Source: Raillietiella orientalis
Lineage: Eukaryota
DNA: 64,000 nucleotides
Direction of reading: 5' to 3'
NCBI GenBank assembly: GCA_036172245.1
Contig: JAYWIR010000025.1
Location: 186,001-250,000, forward strand
The position numbers and the translations under genes are program-made. The notes beneath the pieces were generated by a model that searched no databases, was not told the origin of the DNA, and was given only the letters and a program-made list of their open reading frames with translations. Of the stretch, positions 1 through 13,499 are shown piece after piece (position 1 is the first letter of the stretch; every line of letters begins with the position of its first letter).

Positions 1-1800
1 GTTGTGGTCATCGTTTAGTCTTTTCCTTGTTGTAAATTGCAGGAGGATTCCAATCGTCTTCAACCGTCATTCAGTGCCACATGGTCATTACCAGGAAAGA
101 CCTACGGGTAATGCGTCAAGAGGTCAGGTAGCCTTTCTTTCGAAGCACTTCGGGAACCTGCAGCTCGGCCACAGGCGATGGTACTCGTCACTACGGTTCC
201 TGCAGGAAATTTTTCTGCATGAAAACCGGATCTTTGCTTTCCAGCAAACTGATAAAAACCAAACTCTCCAGATGTTTACCTCAGGCCATTATGCTCCGAT
301 GATGCGCAGATTACTCTGGTACGCTGGTAGCAGTACTCTCTCTCTCATTGCTGTCCTGAAGGAGAGCAGCGAGCTCGACGGTTCAACCAAGTGTGCCCCG
401 AGGTTTGATGAGTGAAATTAAATAAAACATTTGGGAGATCAGAGCACAAAAGTATCATTTCGTCTTTCTTCAAGTGACAGGATATTTCACAGGCGGGACA
501 AATAGAATGGCGTGTGATGGATAAGAGCAACCCCAATGAAGAATAGCGTGCCAATTGCATTAGGCGTCTGGTGACCACGTCTGTTGACGTAGTCCATGTT
601 TCTTATTTCCGCATCCCACGGACGTCTTTCCATCTTCTCTTCACGTAAACTCCCTTGTTTCCGTGTTGCCGTTATGTTGACATGGAGGGTTACGTGCCAT
701 CTGCTAGCTTAATATCTGCCTGTGCGTTCCTCGACTCACCATCACGGAGTTTCCTGGGTTGTTTCCAGGAAGAACGAGATGGCAAAGGCGGTTGATTCTC
801 GTGGAAGTTGTGCCAGAGATTCTAGCAAAGCTCGGTTAGCCTGCTACAGCGAGGAAGCGGTCATGACGATTCACGTAACTGCTGGGTCCCTAACGCTCTT
901 TTCCCTATCTGATAGCTGGGAGGACGGCGCTCACAAGTCAAGCAGACGAAGAGGTAATAGCAGTGGCGGCTCCTTCGTCTACCAGCATCATCAGAAGTGG
1001 ACGAGAGGTCTTAGTAATGAAGTGTTCTGAAAGCTGAAATTCAGATGATTTTTGGTGCAGGTGTGCAGGTGCACGAATAGCAGTAGTGATGAGCAGTGTT
1101 CTGCTTTTAGGCCCTTCATTGCTGAGGCAAAAACTAGAAAACTCACGATTCGTGAGAGGCTCCAGAAGACTGAAGCTACGTTTCTCATGATGCTTGTACA
1201 TCAGGGTGCTTCATTTTACACTTTTCACATTTTACAACATCGATTACAGTCATTTGGAAAGGTTGAATACACACTGAACTTTACACGAATAGTGTTTCTG
1301 GTTTCTGGAAATGTGTGCTGACGAGTGATGCTTTTCCTCAATAATAGTCGGTGCATTTCCGAAGGAGGGTCGGGAGCGCTCTGCTTCTTCAACAGGTCTT
1401 CGACTACCTCTTTTTCCATTTCCCAGTTTTGCTCTTTCGCTTTCTGATTAGGACTTCTGTCATGAAGAATGCTAGGCACGTTATCACTAACGAGTTGGTC
1501 TTCGAAGTGATGCCTAGCCCAAGCATTCCTCCTAGTTAGTATGCCTTCTCTTCACTCTTTAGATTCGTGATACTAGTCACGTGTTTCCAAGGCTGCTGTC
1601 CAGGGTTTTACGATGAAAGCCGTGCACGTGCATCTCGGTCTGTCCGCACGCGGGACAGTGCTGGTCCACTTTGCTTTGAGGCCGGTGCTCGAGAGTCTTT
1701 CTACATATTTGTAAAAGATGTAAAGGTAAAAGCGAAATGCATTCTAAATGCCATGACACCATGTCTAGGAAAAAACAAGGTTGTCATGGAGGTCATTTCT
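1..1800 (-). mobile_element. Decayed L1/Tx1-type LINE ORF2 fragments (EN end, RT start, CCHC knuckles)
   Basis: Minus-strand translations give SDNVPSIL...NWEMEKEVVED (resembles EN C-terminal SDH.P...W.LN..LL.D, ~1390-1490), SICPACE (ORF 345-578) and HCPACGQTEMH (ORF 1577-1762). Many stops and frameshifts. Confidence 0.5.
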
Positions 1801-2429
1801 AGTAATTGACACGGATGGTGCATCGCTGTCCATTGTGGCTCAGCAGGATCTTTGGCGACTTTGTAAAGCAGCATGGTGGAAAGGTATCGACTTTACTCGT
1901 TGCTTTCCTGACGGCGAGGACCGCAAGAAGAAAGCACAATCGTTCGCTCATTTGGATACAGGAGTAAATGAAGGGTTTTAAAACACGTTGTGATTGAGCT
2001 TTCCACATAAACGGAGAACCCTTTGAATCGAACTCATTTAAATCGCTTTTCGCAAGAATGGGATTTCGGGTCCAAATGCTGAAGTAAGATCGCTTTCTGT
2101 TGACCCGCTTGCTTGAGCTCAGAGCAGAGATGCTGCTCATTTTCACGCGGAGGTAACTCTGTGATATATATGATGGAGAAACGCAGAACTGGCTTTCTGA
2201 GCACATCATTGCAGCTTGAGAGATCCAGATGCAATTTTTCTGAGCTCGGTGGGACAAGTTATACGGGACAAAGGAAAAGGAAAAAAGAAAACAAACTACA
2301 GAAACAACGTGAAGATGCATCCACGATGGTGTATGCTATAAAAAATTGATAGGTTTTTTTCTTCTAACCAACTGGAATTAAAAAAAACCCTACACCCTAG
2401 ACCCTAGTCGTAAATCTCAGTTGGTGAAA

Positions 2430-3780
2430 ATCAGCTCGAATTTACGGCTGCGATCCGTTGTGTCTTCCGGGAAAACACCAGAGTTTTGACTCGTAAACAA
2501 GGATTTATAATAGTGTCCCTATGGAGGTTCCGCAGTGGAGGCGTGCTGATAGGTACTGATGCAACGAGAATCTCAAAGTTCTCGGCAAGAGCTCTGCATC
2601 CTCGACTCTCAGTGGACTCTGTAACCATACTCTGTAACTCGGCTTCCCACTCTAAATAGCTCCAAATGGCTTCACTTAACCATAGATAAGGTGTGACTAA
2701 TTCGTTTGAAAGAATTGAGCTGAGATGAGTTGACATTCAATCACACGTGGAAGAAACATATGAAAGCCATCCATCTCAGGGGTTCTCTTAGAAGCTCTCA
2801 TTATGTCGCTGCTGGATGTTCTGTTACATTCCATTTGTGGCTGCAAGAGTAGATAATAAATGAAGACTGATCCAGCCGTCTTCGGTTCTTTGTGCAAACG
2901 CTTCGGAGGCTCCGGTTCTTTCCGAATGTTCCAGAAGCTGGAGATCTTTGTTCTAGTGCCTCAAAGAGTCTGTTTGTTATATGGATCAAGGAGCTGCTTG
3001 AAAGCTGCTCAAGACTCATCATCCGCATGTGATTGATTTCTTTTCCTCATAAAATGGAGCGAAACTCCTCGTGCTTTAGACTGAGTGACCTTTGTAATCT
3101 CGTTGTCCATGTTCGGATTTTCCCATTGCTGCTGCTTGCTTACTGCTTCCTACCCCGAGCTTTTATTTTATTTTTTTTCTTCTTCTTTTTTGACGGCGTC
3201 GATTTCCACCAGTTGCCTCCATCCATCGTTTTTTTTTTTAATTTCTGCTTTCGCGTGCGCTTGCAAGAGCATGGAACCGTTTCCCTCACTTCATTGAATG
3301 TTGAACCCATTGCTGCTTCTTAGGCACGTTCTGCGCTGAAGATTTCTGCTCATTCCGTGCTGGATACGCTGCAAATTTTCTTTATTCTGTTGGAAATGAT
3401 ACTTCCTTTGCTTACGGATGGATTCTTGGTAGTCGCCATGGAGGAGCTCCATTCAGTTCTGTTTTCATTTTCGTGTGCCCCATTTCATTCCTGTTCTCAG
3501 TATCCTCATTACAAATGTAAGCATCTCCCCCTGATTCTGTTTGCTTCGGAAAAATCCCCGGGGAATTTCATTTTCACTGCTTGGGATTTGTTTCCTGCTT
3601 TCAATATGACTTTGCCTCAAGCTCAGCAACTGATGTGGAAATGAAGTCACCTCTTTCGCGGGAACTCGTAGAATATTCAGTGTTCCACGAAGAAATACCT
3701 CTTGCTTCCCTGAGGAAAGTAGCCTTCGACTGATCCTCCGGAGATGCATCTCCTTTTTGCAAACTAGAATAGCGGTCATA
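2430..3780 (-). mobile_element. Decayed LINE remnant, probably ORF2 C-terminus
   Basis: PEMDGFHMFLPRVIEC resembles the E..H.F..C half of the C-terminal knuckle (ORF 2697-2897). Frames are broken. Confidence 0.3.
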
Positions 3781-4244
3781 AGTTGAAATGAAGTCTTAAA
3801 AGCGTTTCAGGTACCACTAGCACTTGTGTTATTTACCTGTCAGTCTTCAACTATTGTCCACTAGTTGTTTAAAAAAGGAAATTCAGAAAGATTGCAATAG
3901 ATAAATGGATGTTCCGTTTTTGACAATCTATGAGACGCTCCAAAATCATTTTTTTTTCTTCTTTCATGTTTCATGCGTGTGTAACTTTAGGGAAAGCATC
4001 TTGTCATCTACTGAAGGGATCCCCGAATTAGTTATGAGTTATCGGAAGCGGCCCTTACAACTAGGAACTTCTCGCCCTTTTCCCTTGAAAGTTTCGATTG
4101 TCTCCTTAACAGTACGTAGACGCTGCTCCGAAAGCCCCAAATGGTACATTGAGTACCTCTTTCCCAATTGTGAGTTCTTATAAACGGACGTTCCAATGGA
4201 GATAATTGAGCAGCTCCTCTGCTCGTTTTCGACTGAGTAGAAAA

Positions 4245-5086
4245 AGACCAAACCTTGCTGTTGAACCTGGGTGCCTGCACACAGGGGAAGATGCGGCACT
4301 CTGATTTAAAGCTGAAGAATGAGATTCTTGTAGTGGTTTGGAAGTATGCAGCGCCCCTAATCGAGCCACCTAGAGGCTGATATGATTCGAAGCTTCTCCC
4401 AGCATACTGGCGCTTGTCGAAGAATAGAGTCTCATCTGGTAATGCTAGATTCGGGATTAGAGAGGCTTTTGTGAACCGAAATGATCTCGACGCAACTTTG
4501 AGATGCATCGGAAGTCCGGCTGAAGCATGGCTCGGGCTGTCGGATCCTTGAGCGCCGTAAGAGGACACGTTTTGGTAAGCAGAACGGGCGCTGTAGAACG
4601 GCTCAAGAAGCTGGGTCATGGTGCCCATCAGATCTCATGTAGGAAATCTATTGCTATGTCAGAGGACGGTGACAACCACGGAAGTCTCTATACGTTAAGG
4701 GGTGTGTAATGACGCCTTTCAAAGCAACAGGCCCTGAAGATGAGTGACATTCAAGAGGCGAAGGTCCGGATCCAGCCGTCAGACAGAGCCATCCCTGTTA
4801 TCCTGCAATCCATCATCAGAAAATGAAAGGCTCCTCTGATTCTGGTCTGCAGCGGGGTCTAAGGTGTGTGCGCGAAGGGTTTGCGGGAGAGTTCTCCATG
4901 GAGACGCCGTCAGCTTAGATCTTGGTGGTAACAGCAAGCATTCCAGTGAGGTCTTCAGCTCCTAGAGCCTTGACGCGGAAGGTTTTATGCCAGCAACCTT
5001 TCGGCATGGCACCATCGATTCTGACTCCTCGGTTACCCCAGTTTCCTGATAGTGGATGTGGATGAGGAAATTCCAGGAATCCCGTT
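4245..5086 (+). pseudogene. Degenerate 28S (LSU) rRNA fragment
   Basis: Colinear matches to conserved 28S blocks: CTAATCGAGCCACCTAG (4357-4373; consensus CTAATCGAACCATCTAG), TTTTGGTAAGCAGAACGGGCGCTG (4570-4593), AGGACGGTG...GGAAGTC...TAAGGGGTGTGTAA (~4663-4709), GCCCTGAAGATG (~4731-4742), AGATCTTGGTGGTAACAGCAA (4917-4937), possibly GGAATCCCGTT (5076-5086). Many substitutions and indels, so non-functional. Confidence 0.88.
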
Positions 5087-5339
5087 GGACGCCTTCATTC
5101 TCTCCTCTCCGTTTCAACTACCACTGCATCCATCATCATTCTGCTCGTCCCCCGTGCCCTGTAAATGTCATCATCCTGACCCGAATCTAACATGGCCATT
5201 AATACAATAAACATCAGCGATAACTTCAGCTATACTTGCGCTGTTCATCACCATCATCCTAATCAACTGCCAAGACTCACATAGAACGTATTCCAATTCC
5301 AGCCCCACTTCTACATGCCCTTTTCATCAGAAACTCCCT

Positions 5340-6600
5340 AGAAGCTTCCTTGGAAGATCTCTGCTTCAAATATTCATAGGCGTATCACCTCTTCACAGGG
5401 AACTTTGGCAATCTTCCACAGATGCAGGATCCTGGCCATCCTGAGCGTTCCGCAGGTTGCAGAGCGTGTTCAAAACGTGTGGTCGGTGAAGTTCGTTTGC
5501 TTGAGAGCAACGAATCTCGCCTGTGAAAAAGCCGGGAGTTCTTTTATGAGGTTATGGGGAGATTCGCGTCGGCCTGGTAGGTGTAATTGTTTTACACCTA
5601 GTTGGAAATGTTTTCCATGGTGGTGGTGGAAGTGGTGGCAGTGGGTAGGTAGGTAATCATGAATTTAGTGGTATTATTATAATGAATATAAAAAGAAAGA
5701 AAGAGGTCAAAGCAAGCTAAGAAATTCTTGATATTACAGGAGAGGTAATGCTGCACCCGTTTGTATTCCTCTTTGGAAGTTTTGATCTCATTGAAGGGTC
5801 AGGGAGCCTTAAACATTTGGTGCCAACAGGTTCAAACCTGCACCCCGTCCAGGATTGATAAGTGAGGCCATTATTTTATTCAGACATGATTTCATGGAGC
5901 ATCCCTCTTTTGAATCTTCTTTAAATCAGCCATGGTCATTCGATCACTTCGCACAGCTGTGCTCCTTGCGTTCGATTAGCGGGAAGACACTCCACATCTA
6001 TAGCGATGCTCCAGGTTGTGGATCAACGGCTGTCGAAGAACGTTTCGTCCACTACTTTCCATCTTGGAAGTTACTTCACGCTTCAGGTTTCCAATTCTGG
6101 ACCCCATCAGTGAGAGTTGTTTGTATTCAAATCATTAGGTGCTCGTTTGTATTGCATCTTTGTAGGATGGTGATGCACTTTAATTGGTATAATTTGATAC
6201 CTTGCTGCTGGCGGCCCTCTATCGATTTCGCCTGTGTTTCCTTCAGCAATTACTAAAGCATCCGTTCCTTCCTCGTGCAGCACTTCATCCAGATGAAGCG
6301 TTCACTACCGAAGGTTATCAGCTTCCTGAGATGTTGGATAAAAGCATGCCGTCGTCGTGAAGGAACCGCCTGCTCCTAACGCATGGAATTCCTTCAAAGA
6401 GAAAGTCTTCGCTCTGCCCTTGCTGCAGTGGAAAGCACCAAGGATTCAGGAGCGAGCAAACGGTTGGTTGCACCGGTCCAAGGGAAGTCTCGTTTCCATT
6501 TCGCACAATGCACTTCTAGAATGGGTGCAGAATATTTGCTCTTGAAGAATGCGAGCAGATCTTCAAAAAAACGTGTGCGGCTATTTAGAGTTCCTGCAAC
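5340..6600 (-). mobile_element. Decayed L1-type RT C-terminal half
   Basis: Minus-strand QQGIKLYQLKC (GL.IN..K-like), FEYKQL (YKYLG-like), LPRWK and P..*GSL occur in the expected order. Confidence 0.4.
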
Positions 6601-6989
6601 GCACAGCCAACGCTGACAATTGCCATGACTTTGAACGCAGAAGGGGGTTCGATTTCCGACAAAAAAAAAAAAAAATCAGGAAAACATAATCAATTTTGGA
6701 GGAAATGTCATGCTGTTAATGGTCACTTAGGCCCACATGATATAAAAATGGTTTGAATACACCATACAAGATGGAAAAGAAAATTTTCCTGCCCCCTACC
6801 CCCGTAAAGTTCTTTGCGCAGCTCCTAAACTTAATTGAAAGAGGTTGCTAAGGACCTTTGAAAACAGCAATCTTTGAGTTCCGCTTCAGCAGTGAGAAGC
6901 AATGACTTGTCACCCTGACTGCTCAAACCTGGGAGAACTCGAATCGAAAGACAGTAATTCCTGGAACCAACATCCTTGGTATCTTGGGA

Positions 6990-8030
6990 CTTGGTTCTTT
7001 CTAATGTGTGCTGCACGGAACGTTCACCGCTATCCTTCGTAATGGAGCGTCCTCCCTAGCAGTCGTGTGCAACCAGGTTACGGCATGCTCGTGCCAACCG
7101 ATCCTCGAACGGGCTCCTCGAAACCTGAGATGGTCGTGTTTTCTTCTAGACCCACTCATCCTTCTGTTTACTATGAAAAAGCTCCCCCCAAAACTCTTTC
7201 ACCATTGACCGTTTTGGTATTACGCTGGAGCAAGGAGCCCCTTTTCGGTTTCACTCCGAACTTGGAAACCTACCCTCACGAAGCGACTGCTGGAAGGGAA
7301 CCGGGAATACGATCGAGCTGATATCAAAATTCCTGGCCTGGATGGGAAGGACCAGCCCGTCTGCAAGACGCGCGCGTTTCCTTCTCTTCAACCGGGAGTC
7401 TCGCTTTCCGGTGGACACTCCTGCTCCTGCATACTCGCGAGAAAACTTCCTGGTGGACCTCCGTTTCGCCTGCAGGGATCTTGTCCTGATGCGCAAACAG
7501 AGGAAGTGCCTAGGTGGTTCATTATGGAAAGAAATGTTCCGATTTTGAAGACGGGGGGAAGCCACTTCAAGGTTGAATCATTCTTTACCTATAGAAACCA
7601 AGCGGATCTTCAAACCAACCAAGGAATGGAGGAAGTTTTCTTTCTAAACCATGAATAATTCAGCAGCACCCAGGTTTTTTAAGAGCACTCAGTCGTCCTT
7701 CAGTGGAGTCAGCAGCAAGGAAACCGAAAATCTTTCGTAAGAGCATCGTAACTCGATGCTCATTTGTTTATGTTGGAACTGCCATTCGCTTATGGCGGGC
7801 TCGAATTTTTTAGCACTTTCTAACGTTGGATGCACTCCTCGGAGCTTGCCTAAGGCGCACATTAAACCCTCCTCAACTTTTCTTGAGTCTCAGACATAGG
7901 TTGAATAATTTTTCAACTTTTTATTAGAAGGACGCATGGAGCCTGAAGAGAACCTCAAGCACTTCCCTTTTTGGTCTCCCGTGGGAATATCTGGATTCAT
8001 TCCTCCCAAGTTCTTGTTTCTAGAAAAGGA
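6990..8030 (-). mobile_element. Decayed LINE fragment, partly similar to family B
   Basis: GGFNVR (GDFN-like) near 7860-7875. The reverse complement of ~7240-7350 loosely resembles 33500-33600. Confidence 0.3.
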
Positions 8031-8699
8031 AAACAGTGGTGAAATCGATGATGACCTGATGAAGGGCCAATTTTCCTATTCGAGTTACTGAGCCGAGGAA
8101 AAAGCAAGCAGCGATTGGGACGCTGAAACTGGCTTCTGCGTATCCCCTGTAATTACTTTAGTTTATATTTTTTTCTTTTGGAATCGTTCCGTGGAAGTTA
8201 TTTCAGCGATGAAACGTGGGAGTCAATGCAAGAAGTTTCGGAATCGCAACTGCATCTGATGTTCGTTTTAGAAGTGCATCTATGGCAAAGGAATTAGATT
8301 CCTATCGTTCAAGAAACGATTGCTTCGTTGGTTCCTCAGAACTAGCTTCCATGGCGCACGCTGTTCCTTCTCGTTCTCTTTAGCAGCCCCTCCGCTAGAA
8401 GATGCACAGCAATGGACGCAGCATATTCCCCGTTCGGACTTTTTCTTCGCTGTCATAGAATTCTTCTTCTTTCTATCTATGGCAGCAGTTTCTCTCCGTT
8501 CAAAAGTTCATCAATTCATTTAGCGGAAGATGTGCACAACTGAAGTGCCAGCTCCATTGTTCCTTTCCGTTGGAAAAGACCGAAACGAGTAACATGTATC
8601 CTCATGTGAAGATCTGCCACGATCTGTCCGCATCACCACTCTCGCAGGGCATCGCGCAGCACGTTGCATAATGGGAACTATGAAATGCGCGAATCCAGG

Positions 8700-10950
8700 A
8701 AACATCCAATGAAGGGTGGGCGAAAATCTGCACCTGAAAAGGAAGCTGGGAGAAAGGCGTAACTGCCAAAGAGCAAATCAGCTGGAAAGATGCAGACCCA
8801 GGCGAATTTGAGGAGTGGAAGGATGGCTCAAGTCGCGCGTGATCAAAAAGTGAGCGCTCGGATCGGAATCGACAAGATGAGACTCTGCTGCAGCTGAGTA
8901 ACCATCACCGCCGATGCACGGTGCGTTCGATTCAGCAGTCCAACTTGCAACACATCACAGGAATGAGTGCGAATCCTCCGGCGAGATGTTCATCCAACTG
9001 GGTCGCAACACCACGGGTGCATCATTAGTGTGCTTGCAGGTCATTCTCTCTGTAGAACGCGTTGGTTGGCGTACTCTACCAGTGCCGCACCTGGATAAAT
9101 GCAGGCCCACCAGCGTCACCTTGTGGGTGCGTCGATTCCTTTCGGAGTATTCGAACCCACGACGCTTGGTGGTGCCACGTGCGGAGACCGTAGGCGTCAA
9201 GACCGCGTACAAGACTTGGCGGTGGCGAACGAGATGAAATCCTAGACGACCTCATCTTCTTGGGAAAGGTATCTCAGATCTGAGAGGAGGTGCGCGAAGT
9301 CTTGGGATAGAACGCTGAGAGGGTGACGTCATCATTCTGAAACACAAGCTGAAAGAGGAAACCGAAACGGCGAGCAGTGCTTGGACCGCACGCTGTCTCA
9401 TCTTTCAGCTGGGAGCAGCGGTGCTCCGGCAAGAAGTGTTAAGGTGCAAAGGACAAAAGGGGATAGAAAGAAATCCCGTCGTCACTAGTCAGGAGCAACG
9501 CGCCTGTCTAAGATGAGATTCGCCAGTAGGACGCAGAGCCGTTGATCCGAAAGTCGTCTTTCCGATTCCTGGGTCTGTGCTCCCAAAGCACGGCAGTGCT
9601 GTTGGCTTCGCAAGGACACAGTGAGGTGTGTTCGGCCTGCTTCCGAACTCGAATCTCTGCTCCATCCGTGTTGATTTCGCAAATGCCATGTCTTCGGATG
9701 TGCGTGTGATCCGTAGTACCCATGGTGGACGTGCCCAAATCAAAACAGAAGCATTTCCGTAAGAGACGGAGGCTGGTCCCTTCTTTGACAGAACTCCGTA
9801 GCGAGACTTCTGCTCTCCCTTCTGCATCTTCTTCGAGGATCTCGTGGCTGGATGAGAGGAGGTGAGCTTCCGGGGGGCCTCGCTGAAATTGGAAGAAAGT
9901 GGAAGCGAATGGTCTGCTCCTCACCGAGGAATCCCAGACTCAGCAGTTGTGCAGTATCCACCGACGTTTTCCAATATCGGAAGAAGACCAGGAAAAGGCA
10001 TCGCTCCCGTTACATTAAGCTCCATGGCAGCACACTGGAGTGCTGCCATCCCTGGCAAACGGCATGGTGAGCCGCTTCTCTAGGAAGTCTCTGTCATCCT
10101 TAAACACTCTCGTTGCGGGGAGCACACAGTTCGTGTTCCCCGCTGCGTTTCGGGTGATTTCCAAGGAAGCCCGAGTCCCCAAGGAGACAGTCTCCAGGTA
10201 TAAGGGCAGGATTCGATCTCGAGATAACCCACTCTTCTCGACCACGCGGAAGCCTCGAGCTGCCAGCCGGGAGTTTTCTGGGTGAATTCGAAGCTGCCCG
10301 CGAAGTCATGGGAGGAGGCCTTCGGGGTCAGGACACGCCATTTTTATTTTTAATTCTTTCCTTTGTTCTTCTTTTGCTCTTTTGTCCTCCACCAGCTGAT
10401 TCCTGTTTCCTCCCTCCCTCCTCTTCCTCGAAAGAGTGCCCTGACTTCGGCAGCGAGGCCACGTTAGGCGCGCTGCCAGAATTCGGTGGTGCAAAAATTG
10501 GCTGCGGCTTCCTTGAGCTGCTCCGTGGGAAGATCCTGTCACGCTTTTGAGGAACTGCTGATATTTGGAATCTTCTTCCTCCCTCCGGTAATCTTCGCTG
10601 ATCGGGTAATCTCAACCGGCAAGCAGCGCTGACTACTCGATCACTCGGGAAAGGTCAGTCCTCGTCTCCCGTGCCACACAATCAAGAATTGGTATCTGGT
10701 TCGTAGGGCGGCGCCTAAAAGGACCTGCCGTCGTGAAGGATTGCGGTGGTACGCGCTGGCTATCGAATCTTCCGGGAGCAACCGAGTCAGCCGGCGGCAC
10801 TAGGTTTTCGATGGGCGACTCGCACACAGCCTTCATACCACTCCGTCCTAGCCTCCATATCACTTTTAAGACCCGAGAGATCCGTCCAGAAAACTCCTCT
10901 CGATGACTTCTCTCGGATTGCCTGGCCATCTGTTCGACGTGAAGTCAATA
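8700..10950 (-). mobile_element. Decayed L1/Tx1 ORF2 (EN end and RT core)
   Basis: Ordered minus-strand motifs: IWRLG (~10850), DFLEK/EKAAHHAVCQGW (D.EKAYD.V-like, ~10070), SGIPR*GADHSLPLSSNFSEAP (GVRQGDPLSP.LF...EP-like, ~9900), TSEDMAF (YADD-like, ~9695). Confidence 0.6.
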
Positions 10951-10989
10951 GAATGCCCACGGAATTATAGAAGGACCAGCGTGTGGCAT

Positions 10990-12600
10990 CCGGAAACCAG
11001 AGCGATGAAATGGAACTTATGGAGATTGAGGGGAGCGAGAATAAATGGATAAATAGAGGATGCGACGGACCAGCCCCACGGCGCTAATCAGCATCCTGAG
11101 TAGAGTTAGGTATCGGGGTGCGAGTTAGCTCCGCATCCCATCTTGGGTCACCCAATCGCCCTTCGCATGAAGGCGATGGAGACTCCTGGAGACTCCACCG
11201 GATGGTGGAGGCGGCGATTGTTCCTCCGTTCCGGAGACCGCCGTGGCTCGCTCGCCGCACAGAAATACCGGCGAGCAGGCAGCAGCCGACCGGCCCGAGG
11301 AGGGGCGCTCTTCTGTTAAGCGGATCATCTTGTCGGGCCTCGGGGGCACATCAATGAACCAAAGCGCCCCTGAGGTGCGCCTCCGGGGTCGCTCATGCGG
11401 CCGGGAGTACTCCGTGCTCTGGGATTCTCTTGAGAAGCCAAATCCAGCCGGCGGGAGCGCGGCTGTCCACACGTGCCAAAGCCTTCCTTCCGGAGAACTC
11501 GACCTCGAGATGGACCCTGGTCACGCCCGCGATTCCTCGCTTCCTTCGACGGAAGGCTTCTCGACCGACGCCGCGCCACCATGGGAACGCGCGGTCTGTG
11601 TGGCTTCCAGAGTTTCCGCTTGCAACCCGCGCGCTGAGTGCGGATTTCCGCGGAGCGCTCGTCGCGGTCGAGTTACCACGAGCTGACGCGGGTTCTGGAA
11701 GCGTGACGTTTTCCTCCTCCCCCGGAGCCGTAAAGCAGTCATCCTTGCGGCGAGCGATAAACGAACGTGATTGGAAGCGGGAGAAGGGGGTCTTTTTTTG
11801 GGAAGAGATGGAGGAACCGGCGACACTTCGCTCACTCCCCGCCAGTTTCGGATAGGCGCACTCCTTCAATGGGCTCCTGTTGCCTCCCTGCGAAAGTATT
11901 CAATTTTTCAGCAAGAAAACGCTTCATGGCAACAGCAAAGATAAGAAGCTGCTAACTAGTGTAACAAATACTTCAAGGCATTTGGCTCTGCGTCCTGGGT
12001 TATTTTTAGTTTTCCCAAAACCATAATGTGACTCTTTTTGAGATCTTTTCCATGTAGCACTTTTTGCTGTCGCACTCAGACGCGCCGGTAAGACCCCGGA
12101 GGAGCTAAACCGAGAAGGTGGGCACTGTGGCTGTCCACTCCGCAGCCTTTTCGATTCTCGTCCTCGCGACCCGAGAACGCTCCCAACCTTTCCGCTTCCC
12201 TCTGGCTTGCAACCTCTGATCCGGAATTCGAGCTGCGACCCGCCAGTCATCTTCAGGGACTCTGGACGTCTCCAGCGGTTCCTGCGTTTCTTCGCTTTTC
12301 TGCGCGTTTTTGGTCGATCGCGTACCACCTCGAGGGCTGCGATCAAACTGCTTGGCAACTCGCGGGCGAGAGGTTGCGGCGGAAAGGCGCGCGGAATTTC
12401 TGGGCTCTGGGCTTCCGAGACGGACGGACGGACAGTGGAAAACGGAGGGAACCTTCCCGAACTGGGGAACTCGCGCAGGAAGCGGCCGCCGTGCCTCGAA
12501 CTAAATCGCGGCGGCGACAACGCGGTGAGAACGGCAGGAGATTGTACTCATCAGGGAACTCTCCCCCGGCAGGAGCCCAGGACGCTCCCTCCGTGAGCTG
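10990..12600 (-). mobile_element. Family-A-related LINE 3' portion
   Basis: GATTGAGGGGAGCGAGAATAAATGGATAAATA (~11023-11055) resembles the family A 3' UTR at 19654-19683 and 27898-27922. Knuckle remnant NPHSARGLQAETLEA in ORF 11521-11835. Confidence 0.5.
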
Positions 12601-12639
12601 AAACGCGGTCCATACAGCCCTTTATCCTTACTACGCCCA

Positions 12640-13350
12640 TCAATTTCCATATGGCTGTAAAGTTGAACCTGGAGACGCTCCTCTCTGTCTTTCCCAGCTG
12701 GAGGGAGTTGCTAAGGCTCAGTCAGGAGACTCAAGCCACTCGTAACGGGAACTCAAGAAAGGAAGAACTCTCCTTTCTTGCAGAATACCGAGTACCGAGT
12801 GATGTCTGTCTTCTCACATGGTTTGCTGATGCTCCGGCGAGAGGAGAGGAGCTGCTTTGGTGGGGATGATTTTCGCAGTCCCCGTCTCACGGTTGTCCAT
12901 CGATCGCCAAAGAGTCGACGGGGCGTTAACGTGGCCCCTGACCACGAGGGTGCTGAGAGAGTAGCAGAGAAGTGCACCGCCGCGCGCGCGGTGGTGAAGT
13001 GAAAGCCCGCGAAAGTTCGAAGGCAGTCACCGCGTCCACTGCGCCGTGTAGCAGCGGTTTCGGGGTGCAGCTCTCCCCTGAACGACTGAGGTGCCAACGT
13101 TGATTGTACTGCAGTGTCTCGCGTTTCCAGTGGTGCGCGGCGGTCCAGCACGGATGGAGCTTCTCCCGTATTCCTTTAGTAGCTTATTCACTCGTCTCGT
13201 GCTCGGCAAAGAACAACAGTCATACGGACAACCACCACAGATGGCTGATTCCGCCGAGAGCTCCCAAACTTGCTGAATGGAAGACGCTTTCATCTTTACC
13301 TTTTGACAATTCATAGAGCATACTCGGAGGAACTTTCCGAAACCTCTGCA
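12640..13350 (+). mobile_element. Decayed LINE endonuclease domain
   Basis: LSQET (LQET-like, ORF 12651-12869) followed by CFGGDDF (GGDFN-like, ORF 12778-13002). Confidence 0.5.
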
Positions 13351-13499
13351 GGGCTGCACCAGTTACATCCCGGACACCTGAGCGCAAGACGTGCAAGCTT
13401 TCCTCCGGTTCGCTCGCACTCGGTGGGGTGAACTTTTTGGCTTGGAAGCAACCGAGTCAGAGGAGTTCGCTGTTGCCATGGGCATCCTCAGAGGGTTTC

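Noticed and set aside
699..718. ATCTGCTAGCTTAATATCTG similar to internal U2 sequence
   Set aside because: Too short, needs a gap, and no flanking U2.
2385..2407. ACCCTAC-ACCCTAG-ACCCTAG telomere-like repeat
   Set aside because: Only three imperfect units.
2697..2897. HKEPKTAGSV resembling a sulfotransferase PAPS-binding loop
   Set aside because: No other sulfotransferase motifs; the context fits a decayed LINE C-terminus.
4032..4628. 198-aa minus-strand ORF
   Set aside because: Largely antisense to the 28S remnant, with no protein motif.
6643..6675. B-box-like GGTTCGATTTCC followed by poly(A)
   Set aside because: No A-box, cloverleaf or TSD upstream.
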